Assembly (NCBI RefSeq): GCF_039654945.1 | Contig: NW_027361749.1 | Span: forward strand, 11,966,001-12,030,000 | Direction of reading: 5' to 3' | Source of the DNA: Dendrobates tinctorius | Taxonomy: Eukaryota | Length of the DNA stretch: 64,000 bases | In this document: positions 25,716 through 37,109 of the stretch, one piece after another | Position numbering within the stretch: position 1 is the first letter of the stretch | Layout: each line of letters begins with the position of its first letter | Program-made: the position numbers and the translations under genes | The notes under the pieces: model-generated | What the model saw: the letters and a program-made list of their open reading frames with translations, nothing else | What the model was told of the DNA's origin: nothing | The model's database searches: none

Positions 25716-26096
25716 CCCCAACTCCTGCTACATAATTAAGACATGTACAACCTTATATTATACCCGGATATTAGCGTGTTTTACCGCATAATTGGTGGTC
25801 TGGTATTTAACTCTATGCAGCTACATAGTGGGCCCCAAGAATGATTTTCTCTGGTGGGCCCAAGGTGTTCCAGTCCGACGCTGCTGCTGTCTGTCATCGG
25901 TCAGTGACTTCAAACAGCAGAGGGCGCGGTGACGTGGTTAGTGAGCGCCGCGCCCCCTGCAGTCTGAACGTCACTGACTGATGACGTGGCAGATAGCGGT
26001 GAGCAGCCATGGACGCAGGACAGGTGAGAATCTGACACCCAGCGACGGAGAGGTGAGTATGTCATTTTTTTTATTTTTACATGCAGCAGCAGCGGC

Positions 26097-26445
26097 AGCA
26101 CATGGGGGAACAATCTAAGGAGCTTCTTATGGGGGCAGCATATGAGGGCACAATCTATGGAGCTATTTATGGGGGCAGCATATTAGGGAACAATCTATGG
26201 AGCTATTTATGGGGGCAGCATATTAGGGAACAATCTATGGAGCTATTTATGGGGGCAGCATATGAGGGAACAATCTATGGAGCTTCTTGTGGGGGCAGCA
26301 TATGAGGGAACAATCTATGGAGCTTCTTGTGGGGGCAGCATATGGGGGAACAATCTATGGAGCTTCTTGTGGGGGCAGCATATTGGGGAATAATCTATGG
26401 AGCTTCTTCTGAGGACACCATATGGGGGAATAATCTATGGAGCAT
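26097..26445. repeat. ~40-bp minisatellite (GGGGGCAGCATATGAGGGAACAATCTATGGAGCT..)
   Basis: About 8-9 tandem copies. Confidence 0.95.
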
Positions 26446-26660
26446 TTCCCACCCTAGACTTACAGTATACTCGAGTCAATAAGTTCTCCCAGTTTTTTGT
26501 GGCAAAATTAGGGGGGTCGACTTATACTCGGATCGACTTATACTCGAGTATATACGGTATATTGAAAAACCTGGTTACAGAATTGCCTAAATATTGCACA
26601 TGTTATTAAGCTTGATGAAGTTTTCTGGGATTATACAAAACTGGCCTAAAATAAGGTTAA

Positions 26661-27333
26661 AGTGAACCGGTCACCAGGTTTGTCCCCATATGAGATAAGA
26701 CCACCAGCTTTCAGCCTTTATATGTAACATTCTAATATGCTGTATATATGCCCCCAATCCGGCCTGCAACAAAAGAAAAACACCTTTTACTATACTTGGC
26801 TACAGGGCTGTCCGGTCCGATGGGCGTCACTGTCTTGGTTTGACGTCGTCTTTTGATGACGTCCTCCTTCCGTGCTTTGTGTGGATGGCAAGTCCTACAT
26901 TATCCACATAGTCTCCCTGGCGTCACGCTCCTGTGCAAGTGCACTTCTCTCTGCCCTGCCTCGGGCAGAATAAACTGCTGCAGTGCACATGCACCAGGGA
27001 TCTTTGACCTTTTCCGGTGCCTGCGTACTGCAATACTTTGCTGTGCTTTGGTCAGGGCTGAGAAGTACGCCTGCGCAGGAGCATGATCCCAGGACACTGT
27101 GTGGATAATGTAGGGTTCGTCATTCACACGAATCACAGAAGGAGGACAGTATCAGAAGAAGAACGCAGGTGCCAGACCAAGACTGTGACACTCATCGGGC
27201 CAGACTGCCCGCTCCACTGGTGAGTATAATAAAATCTGTTTTTCTTTTGTTGCAGGCCAGATTAGGGGCATATACAATATACAACATATTAGAATGCTAC
27301 ATATAAAGGGACAAACCTGGTGATAGGTTCCCT
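26661..27333. mobile_element. T2/Kolobok-type MITE
   Basis: TTAA-AGTGAACCGGTCACCAGGTTTGTCCC ... GGGACAAACCTGGTGATAGGTTCCCT; long internal palindrome. Confidence 0.85.
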
Positions 27334-28704
27334 TCAAAATAAAGGGAAAAAAAAACTTACCCCCTCAATCCTCTGTCATTTCAGCACCATTCTGTTGCAC
27401 CCCCTTCCCCTTATCCTGTTAGTGTCAGAAGTGATGACTTTCCATCCATCAGTCATCTAACTTCAGCTGTACATTGTGCAAATGCAAACATCACTCCTCG
27501 GGTCAGTGACTGGTCAGTCAGCGCATGATACTAAGGCTGTTAGCGAGCCTGGGCCCCAGGTTCTACATCACACAGCTATAATCTCATGAAGCCGCACCAT
27601 AAAAACCTCATTACAAGATCACTGAAAGTCAGCCATAAAGCCACTATAGAGCAGTCATCAGGGGGGTAAGAGATATTATCACCTTCTAAACCCTTATTTT
27701 ATATTGCTACAATGCATTTAAAATGAAGGAAATATAAAAATATTGCAACTAGCCTTAATTAAAAATATCTGACCACTTTCATGTATGAAGCTCTCATCCA
27801 CACCCATGTGTCTCCATGGTTACAGACACCAGACAAAGGGTTATAGTGTGATCTCATCATTATTTTACCTTCCATAAGTGACAGATGGAAATAGAGTATG
27901 AATGTAAGCTCAGATTTCCGATATAGATTTATAAGTGTAAGTTATTCTTCTCTTACACAACTCTGTTTTAATGAACTTCCTTCTTAAATATCTCTTCACA
28001 CTTGAAGGAATCCTCCAAACACTAAGGCCCTATTCACACTGCATTTCTGCAATGCTTTAGTTAGGCGATCTGACTAAAATGGGGATCAGACGAATCCGTG
28101 ATTGGGCCATAGACTCCAATAACGCAAAGTTTAAAGAAACTCGTTGTTTGTTTTTTTGCTGAATGTGTCTGTGTTTCAGACTGGCAGAGAAACATAGCAG
28201 AAATGCATTGTGAACAGCGACTAAGAGCATTGTCTTGTACAGTAAGTCTCGCACTGCAAAAAAAAAAAAAAAGTTATTGGGTCTACAAAGAAGTGTAAAA
28301 CTTTCCTTTATACGGTAACTTTCTCTTGCAAAAACTTAAGAACTGCACCGAGTCGTGTCCACACTATGTACAGTTGTGCTGTAGTCTTCAAGGCTTTTGA
28401 TAAAGAAGCGGTTTTGGGAAAAGTGTATTGTCCATTGTTGTTGTATTTGTCAAACTGATGTGTTAAAGACCTTTCATAGGGATTAGTCTCCTACAGGGAA
28501 AATTCCTAATGACTTTCCTTTATGCTTCCTTGATTGAAAAGCTAATCTTTCCTCTTCAGTTTGTATGCTGCGGTTTCTTTTGCAGATTGAGTTTACATAC
28601 ACTAGAGAAAATGTAATGTCACAAATTATATTTACATAAACACTAAACCTAAAAATGAATGATGGAAGTAAACAGCTGAAAATCTCGTTCACATTGGTTG
28701 TCAG

Positions 28705-28927
28705 TAGTGATGAGCGAACGTGCTGGTATATAAGGTGTTATCCGATCACACTCGTGTGCTAACTGAGTGTCTTTGGCGTGCTCGAAAAATGTGTTCGAGT
28801 TCCCCTGAACCTGCATGTGTTGTGACTGTTGAACAGCCGCGAGACATGCAGGAGCGGGGACTCAAACATATTTTTCGACCACGCCGAAGACACTCGGTTA
28901 GCACCCGAGCATGCTCGCTCTTCACTA
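28705..28927. mobile_element. hAT-type MITE
   Basis: TIRs TAGTGATGAGCGA / TCGCTCTTCACTA; 8-bp TSD GTTGTCAG. Confidence 0.88.
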
Positions 28928-31171
28928 GTTGTCAGCCTTCAAGGTTTTCTGCATATTTCTAAAGCAAACAGTCTTGTAGAAATCCTGTACACGGGGTGGA
29001 GAGAGGATTCTGCTGCAGCCAGTTGTCTTACAGCCGTGCACAGGATAGTGAACAGGTAGAGGAGAACATGGCTGGGCTCCGGGGACACACACAAGGATTC
29101 TTTATGTATCTGATTGAATTGCAGAATGGGGCAAAAAGGGGGAAAGGAAAATGAGGAAATCAAAGGAAGTTTTCCTTCTTTCTGCATTTGCACATTAATA
29201 AACTGTGTAGAAACTTTTTTTTTTTTTCTTTCTTAAATTTCCAGTTGATCATCTGATGGGGAATGTATTTTCTGGCTTTTGAATGCAACTGTAGTTAGGG
29301 AGGAAAACAGTTATTTTTACTATTGCAAGAGGTTTTCTAAAACCATTTTGCCTTAACTAGCCTGACTACGGGTGGTCCATGCTCTGTCCTAGGTTTCCTT
29401 CTCCAGCACTGAAGAATGCAATGTGAGTATACAGTGCTGGTGACGGAAACCTAGGGGACAGCATGAGTTATGGCTGTTCAATGCTGCTACTGAGAGTCAA
29501 AATCACTAATGGAACTGATTTAGAAAAATGATATTGTAGACTTCTCTGTATAACTGGAAGCACACTTTAATGGGACGGTATGCCGGCTTGGGAAATCCCT
29601 TTTTGTTAGATGTAACTTCAGTCTATGTAACCTCTTTAAAGGCTTAGTGTCTAGGTTTTCGAAAAACCATGTGATATTTAAAGTAGTTTTCCAGGCTCAT
29701 TTTCACTATGAAATAAATATTGGTTCCCTTTTTTAATGTGCCTACAAACCTACCCCTATACTTTTTTTTTTTTTTCTTTTTCAGACAGTTTTTCTGTCCC
29801 TTCATAGTCCACTAAAGACACAACCGTAGCGCTCGCCTCTCAGGCAGCCCTATTACCTCTAGTCCTAGCTCCAACATGCAGTGCCCACCCACCACTCCTA
29901 CCCAGGACATTGATCTGCATAATGCCTACACTCCTAGCTCACCTACACATGCCCACAACAGCCCTCCTGAGACTCCAAGTGCTGTACACGGTCTACCAGC
30001 ATGCAGGAGCAGTGGAGAGTGCCAATGTAAAAGAACTGTCAAAGCTCTCATGGACTAGTCACCCCAATTCATGCAATGTCACTATAAGGCTATGTTCACA
30101 TGTTGCGTTTTTGGTTTTTTTAATGCAAATTAAAAGTTGTGTTTTACAATACCAGCAAAAGTTATGAGATTTTAGAAATCTCATGCACACACATTTTTCT
30201 CTTTCCCCCATGACGGCACCACGGAGAGAGGGATCCGCCCTCAGGGACAGGAAACCTACAGATGAAAAAGGTGGTACCTCTCTCCGATGTCAGTTGGTTT
30301 CCTGTCCCTGACTGGGAACCTACAGCACGTACCTGGAAGTCGTCGCAGGATTCCGGGGACCGATCCAGACCGGCAATAAAGCAGCGGGGCTCCCTGCCTC
30401 GGCTGGGTCGAGGCCTTGAACAGGCTCCCCCCCCCCCCCGAAGCACCACCATTGGGGTCGGCGGGCCTTGAGGGTGAGTGGGGAGAGGCAGTGAAGAATC
30501 CAGGAAGTCTGGCGATCCCGGGAAAAAAGAGGGGAAAAAAAAAAAGGGGGCCTCCTGCAGTATAGTGACGGCGGTCAGTACAGGAGAGCCCAGCCGATCT
30601 GATAAGGGGCCGGGCAGGTGGCGGCGGTCACCAAGGGCCATACAGCAGAGCCTGCCATACCCGGGATGGAGGGGGGCCACCGAGAGCCGGGAAGAGGGCA
30701 GGCCTCTGCAAAACACAGCGGCGGCGGCCACCGGAGCCTGGTGTGCAGTGCCGGGAGGCCGCAGTAAACCGGCGCCGGACACGCGGTATACCGGAGGAAG
30801 GGGGCGCGCGCGCCATGTCAGCTCCCTTAAGGGAAAGGGAAGCGCGGTACACCGCTGGGTGATCGCGCGGTGCGCATGCGCGAGACTTCCGGCGGGCCGC
30901 GGTACTTCCGGCGGGGCGCAGGGATCCCTGGGAAGGGGGCGGCAGTGCGAAATTTAAAAAAAAAAATGATGAGGCTTTAAAAAGCACACTGAAAGAGAAG
31001 GAAGCGGTCACCATGAGTGGGAAACCGCAGAAGGAGAAGGAGACACGGAGGTGGTCCCCGAAGCAGGGACCACAGCAAATGCAGCGCCATCACCAACAGC
31101 ACCAGCGCGACTCTTCCCAGCAGCGCAGCAGCAGCGGTCACACGAGATCGCGGCGCTGCCAAAGCTCCACC

Positions 31172-31918
31172 ATGGCAGCACAGCCAGTAGTGGATTCAGC
31201 AGTGGAGATAATCCCTACGCCCGAGACTGTATTGTTCGTTCCACAGGAGGGTGAGTGATCTCCGTGAATGCCGTCTTCTAATTTGCGACTATTAATTTTT
31301 CTTTTTCAGGGCGTAAATGCACTACCAAACCTAAACACGTGGTATGTGCTATATGCACGGAGGAACTACCCCCTAAATGGGAGAAAAAGCTCTGTGCGGC
31401 TTGCATAGAGAAGACTATACAAGAGGAATCCCCGGGGTTTGCCTTAGACCTCAAAGCATTAATAAAAACTCAGATCGAAGACGCCCTTAAGGGCGCCAGG
31501 ACCTCAAAGAAGAAACGCCAGTCCAGGCATTGATCCCCGGAGTCGAGTGTCGGTGAGTCGGGAAGTGAACTATCCGACTCAAGCGATTCATCATCCTCCC
31601 AATCCTCTTCGTCATCCTCAGAAGGGGGACGCAGCTGCTTTCCCATTGAGGAGACGGACGCCCTGGTAAAGGCCGTGAGGACAACTATGGGGCTGGTAGA
31701 CGAATGCCCCAAGAAAACAGCCCAAGATATAATCAGAGGGCTAGAGCAAAAGAAAGGGAGGGCTTTCCCGATTAATGAGAAAATCCACTCCCTCATCAAG
31801 CGAGAGTGGAAAAAGCCAGACAAAAAAGTCCTCCTAACACCAAAGAGAAAATACCCCTTTGACGACCCGGCCTGCTCCTTCTGGAACAAAGCTCCTAAAT
31901 TAGATGTAGCGGTCAAAG
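31172..31918 (+). pseudogene. DIRS gag-like ORF (spliced, truncated)
   Basis: Short exon ending GAGG|GTGAGT (~31250), acceptor TTTTCAG at ~31309, CAIC..LCAAC zinc motif, Ser/Asp-rich tract, LIKREWKKP..KYPF..APKLD. Internal stop at ~31531; broken by the deletion at ~31918. Confidence 0.75.
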
Positions 31919-32247
31919 CTGGAAACCTTCTGCTCAATCGATCCCCGGGGGGCCCAGTAGCGCTAGAAGCTTTCACGATACCCTGGGGTTATCAGATGGC
32001 CTACGCCTTCCCACCAATATCTCTCATCCCCTTAGTACTAAGGAAAATACGGGAAGACAAGGCAACGGTAGTGGTAATAGCGCCCTTCTGGCCACGGAGA
32101 ATTTGGTTCTCCTGGCTGAGGAGAATGTCCGTAACGGATCCCTGGGTTCTACCAGAAACTCCAGACCTGCTATCCCAGGGACCAGTGTATCACCCCCACA
32201 TAAAAAATCTACACATGACAGCTTGGCTTTTGAGAGGGAGCTCCTAA
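31919..32247 (+). pseudogene. C-terminal methyltransferase-like tail of DIRS pol
   Basis: AFTIPW..AYAFPPISLIPLVLRKIRED.ATVVVIAPFWPRRIWF..DLLSQGP..LHMTAWLL. Confidence 0.8.
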
Positions 32248-33257
32248 GTAACAAGGGCTTCTCGTCAAACTTGGTATCCACACTACTACAAAGTAGAAAG
32301 CCAGTAACCACCAAAGCATATGGCAAAGTGTGGAAGAAGTTCATGTCAGTGTCAGGCTCTTACCCAACGGGCGAAATCCCTGTAGCCAAGATTCTGGAAT
32401 TCCTTCAGAGGGGGTTGGAAAAGGGGTTAGCTACCAGCACCTTAAAAGTACAGGTGGCGGCCTTGGGAGCTCTGTATAACCATGACCTAGCCAAAAATAG
32501 ATGGATTATGAGATTCATTAGAGCCTCAAGTAGGTCGAGGCCGATCCCTCTACACCCCCCCCCCCCCCGGGATCTAAACCTGGTGCTAAACGCACTAACC
32601 AAATCTCCCTTCGAACCCCTAGCGGAGGCTCCCTTAAAAATATTGTCACTTAAGACTTCCCTCCTCGTAGCCTTAACTTCTGCTCGCCGTATTAGTGACA
32701 TGCAAGCTCTGTGTGCCCACGCACCCTTCACGCAAATTCTGGATGATAGGATAATTCTTAAAGCCGACCCAGCATATCTCCCCAAGGTGTCGTCACAGTT
32801 TCATAGGACTCAGGAAATTTCCCTACCCTCTTTCTGCCCCAATCCCAAAAACAAAACAGAAGAGTTGTTGCACACTTTAGATGTAAAAAGATGCCTGGTC
32901 CAATAGTTAACAACCACGAGGGAATTTAGGAAGGATAGGGCTCTGTTTGTTTGCTTTCAGGGTCCTCGGTAGGGTCAAAAAGCATTGAAGGCCACACTGG
33001 CGAGGTGGATAAGAGAAGCCATCACCCTATCCTACTCCTCTTGCGGGGCGGCCATACCGGAGGACGTAAGGGCCCACTCAACCAGGGCAGTGGCATCATC
33101 CTGGGCAGAGAAAGCTGGCGCTTCAAAAGATCAGATATGTAGAGCTGCCACTTGGTCTTCCCCCTCTACATTTTTCAAACATTACCGTCTAGACTTTACC
33201 TCCTCTTCAGATCTCACCTTTGGGAAAAGGGTTCTGGAGGCGGTGGTCCCTCCCTAG
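32200..33257 (+). pseudogene. DIRS tyrosine recombinase with two in-frame TAG stops (32904, 32970)
   Basis: STLKVQVAAL, DLNLVL.AL, LVALTSARRISD, HTLDV.R, AHSTRAVASSWA, ICRAATWSS..TFFKHY, giving the catalytic R..HxxR..W..Y set. Confidence 0.92.
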
Positions 33258-34719
33258 ATGTACAATCTTTGTAATTCTCTCTGTGGTGCCATGAGGGAAA
33301 GAGAAAATCGTAGTTACTTACCGATAACGGTATTTCTCTGATCCCATGACGGCACCCGTACATCCCCTCCCTTTCACACACACAGGTGTGCACATAAGAG
33401 TGAGTTAGTTAGCGTTAGTACTTAGCCACGCGGTGCCTTTGTTAAGCTTAATTTGATTAATGTTGGATTTTTTTTTTTATAACAGTTTGAGTTGCAGCTG
33501 AGAGTTCTGTGTAATGCTCTGTAAACCAACTGATGTGGGAGAGAGGTACCGCCTTTTTCATCTGTAGGTTTCCTGTCCCTGAGGGCGGATCCCTCTCTCC
33601 GTGGTGCCGTCATGGGATCAGAGAAATACCGTTATCGGTAAGTAACTACGATTTTTTTTTTTTCCTGACTGAATTGGAAATCTGCTTTTTTTTAAAATTT
33701 CAGCATGTCACTTCTTTCAGCACTTTTGCAGTGTTTTTTTCACCCAGAAAAAGTAATGAGTAAGTGCACAAATGCAGCAATCAGGTTTTTCTGTTTGTGT
33801 GCTTTTTTTCACAAAAAAATACAGCAGTATGTGGTCTCCTCACCTGAGAATAGCAGTTAATATTAACACAGTTTCATTAAATTAGTGATATGTGTAAAGT
33901 AAACATAGGTGTGAAATTGAACGATACTTGACCACCTCAAGGGCTGATCAAAGTGTGAAAGTAAACAGTGTCCTACAAACTCAGTGCGCTGCCAATATCT
34001 TAAGTAAACTATTCCTAACCAATTCAACTCCCCCCACTGTTAAATTTTTAAATGTGAAATTTTTCATGAACTCATATAACCATTTTTGTTCAGAATAGTC
34101 ACTATTTTTTTCAGGCATAAAATTATTTAGTGGAAATAAGATTGTCAAATTGCTTGTTTGGTGGAAAAACAGCAAAAAAGGCAGAGATGCGTACCTGCCC
34201 AGGCCTCCAAACAAATGTACTATCAGGATGCAGTGGACCCATATAGTGAAGATGGTGGCAACACAAGTGCAAGAATACTGATGTCACAACTGCTCACACC
34301 CTACCAATGCATGGAGGGGGCGGCTGCTTGTTATATTAATGCACAATGAAGACTTGTATGCGGCGCTGTTCACACTATGGCAATGCACAGCATCCAGATT
34401 AAAAGTCTATTAGTTACGCCCTTCTATTAAATCAGGCAGGCTGCCCAGCGCTATCCAAATGCATCCCATGTGAACAGACACCACAGATTACAAAACCAAA
34501 TGGGCCCAACTGCACCCTGAAAAATAAAGTGCAAAAAACACATATAAAAATGTGAGGTATAAGTTGATATTTTGACCAAAATATGTAAGCTCGTAACCCT
34601 CGTCACAGGTCCCCACGCTTACGAGTCCTAACACTAAACAGTAATAGCACAAAAAGAGGACTTGGTCGATTCGGTCTTGTAATCTGTGGTGTCTGTTAAC
34701 AAATGATTTACAGTACAAT

Positions 34720-34995
34720 GTTATTCAATGGGGAAAAAAAATGCCGTGCACATGCTGTGGAAAAATCCATGCGGAAACGCAGCTTTTTTTCTCCACATCA
34801 TGTCAATTCTCTGTGCGGATTCTGCAGTGTTTTTACACCGATTCCATTGTAGGAATCCGCAGGTGTAAAAACGCATGCCAAATCCGCACTGAGTCCGCAT
34901 TAAAATGTGCAGATTTTGACCTGCGGATTCTGCCAAAATATGTAGATTCCACGCGGAAAATTCCGCACAGCAATCCGCAACATGTCCACATACCC
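34720..34995. mobile_element. Harbinger-type MITE fragment
   Basis: GCGG/CCGC repeats and a right TIR ..CACATACCC-TTA like the 15505 family. Confidence 0.6.
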
Positions 34996-37109
34996 TTACA
35001 AACACATTTTTTTTTTGCAGTTCTCTGAGCTCTGCTGTATTGTAACAATATTGCTCCACTGTCTTCCTGTAGTATGGAAGCTGAAGCTGAGAGGAGCCTG
35101 CAGATGTGTCAGTTATAGCCATATGAAAATCTGAGGAGAAAGAATGGCGCCAATTAGAGCCTTATCCAGTGGATGATTATCAGAATTGGTATGAATGTAT
35201 GCTGACCTGATCCAGGGTTGTATGGCTGCTGCAGATCCATGGGTAACTTCACCAGAAATGACAAATACAAATGGAAAATTTGTTGTCTATATCCACGCTG
35301 CCAGATGATGAAGAAACGTCAAATGTATAATAAGAGGTTTTCTTTATTTTCTTTATTTTTGTACGTTTTGAAGTGTTACCCTCTTCTTCCTCTTGAATCA
35401 AAAATCCATACTTAGTATGGGTTGATCTTACTGACAGATTCCATTTTAACTTGTCCAGCCCTCTTCCTATAAAGGAGATTGGAATGACATGTGCACAATT
35501 CCAGCACTACCCAGAAGTACCCAGGTGCATTGTGGGCTCGAAATGTTACAAGAAGTGTCGGGCTGCGTTTTTGCAGTTACAGAAACACTGTAGTAAGTAC
35601 ATTTGAAAGAGAATATGGACCCGATTCATCAAGACTGGCGTTGTTCATGCTGGTCTTAATAAGGAGGTGTGCTGGAGCTGTATGCGACTTCATGAATCAA
35701 AAGCTGTGGACGAATGACATTTTCGCAGCAAATGCCACCGGTTGTCCCACCTCAGCTCTGCCAACTTTGTCCGCCTTTGCCCACAATTGAGCTGGCAGCA
35801 TCAAAAGAGGAAAAAAAGGTTGAATAATGTTTCGAGACAGATTTTTATTCTGCATTCTTATAATTCAGTATTTGCGTCGGTGCCAAATGTAGGTCCCTCC
35901 GTCTTGTCAGTACCTTGGACAGTGGAGCCACCTGTAGAGGTTCCATAACAATTTATCAGTTAGTAACTTTCAGAAAGGCTAGCCAGGGTGAAACAGTGAT
36001 GGCTTATAGGTTTAAGGTTTATATTTCTTGGCTTCTGTTTGCCCAAAAGAAATTGGGTGGTGATCTGATATCTTGAAGGCAAACTATTGTAATATAATGA
36101 ATTGCTCCGGGCTTGCAGGACTCCTTTACTCAAAAAGAGTTTTCAATATGAAAAACATTCTAAAGATCATTTCAGTAAACCATTTACAGTAATTATTTCT
36201 CTTTAACTTAGAGATTATAATTTGCTCAGCTTCAGTCGTCATTTTTGAAAAAGTGACGTTATGTCATGGCACATATTGTGTAAAAAAATCAATGCAATTG
36301 AATTACATGACCGCAAATTCAGTGTCTCAGTTACAAGCCAATACTGAGCTCATGGAGCAGTATATAATACACTAGGTCTTTTCTGTGATGCATATAGACA
36401 CATCTTGTATTTTGAGATATATATATATATATATACATATACATACACAGTTTTTGTTTGCAATAGCTTTGAAAGTAGACTTATGAACTGGTCATGCATT
36501 TGCTGTTATGGTACACCTTGTATATACTACTAATAGACAAGGCTAAACATGCCAATCAGTGTCATCTAGTAAGTAAGCTCAGGTTCTGATATTGTAATAG
36601 GATTCTGCCAGGGGCAAACCTAGACAGAAGGGCCTCTATGCAAGAATATGGGGCTTTTGCAGTCCAATAACTGTTCATAATGCACAATTCCACCTGTTTT
36701 GGAGGTAGGTGTAGCCACCCTTGTATAAAAAAAAAAAAATCCACCTCACCATAATAGACATCCTACGGTGTTCAGAGCACAGGAAACGCTGTGTCAAGGC
36801 GTGGAGCAGTCAAAAACAAGAATAATCCAGCTCAAAGAACTTGTGAATAAACTTGGTTCTTTATTCACCAAAAGTGCACAGCAGAGGGTAAAACTGCATC
36901 AGCGTTGTAAGTTACATGATATGCGACATTGAAGCCACCCTTACCTTTTAGACCCCTGTACATCTGGACAGGTTGCGCAAATAGTATGTCCACCCCATAT
37001 GGTACATCAGGGGACAACCTTTTCTGAAGCTGTGACAGTGGATGGTACACTAGTACATCTTTTTCTTACTGTGTCCTCAGCCTCCACAGCCAAACATACT
37101 AGTTTCTAG

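Larger units (their letters stand above)
22337..25883. mobile_element. Non-autonomous hAT element nested in the Tc2-like element
   Basis: TIRs CAGCGTCGGACTGG / CCAGTCCGACGCTG; 8-bp TSD CTGCTGTC (22329-22336, 25884-25891). Confidence 0.9.
21949..26557. mobile_element. Non-autonomous Tc2/pogo-like element with minisatellite
   Basis: TA TSD; TIRs CCGTATATACTCGA(A/G)TATAAGTCGA at both ends. Confidence 0.88.
30194..33655 (+). mobile_element. DIRS1-type tyrosine-recombinase retrotransposon, internally deleted
   Basis: Inverted terminal repeats (30209-30283 vs 33540-33615), T-rich termini, no TSD, and an internal complementary region at ~33277-33355. Gag, methyltransferase-like tail and YR ORFs are present; RT/RNaseH is absent. 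Confidence 0.93.

Noticed and set aside
25135-26445. Regular repeats superficially like a CRISPR array
   Set aside because: Head-to-tail minisatellites with no unique spacers, no cas genes, and a eukaryotic context.
32103-33257. Phage integrase / prophage or bacterial contamination
   Set aside because: The tyrosine recombinase sits in a canonical DIRS1 layout (ITRs, ICR, gag, MT tail).
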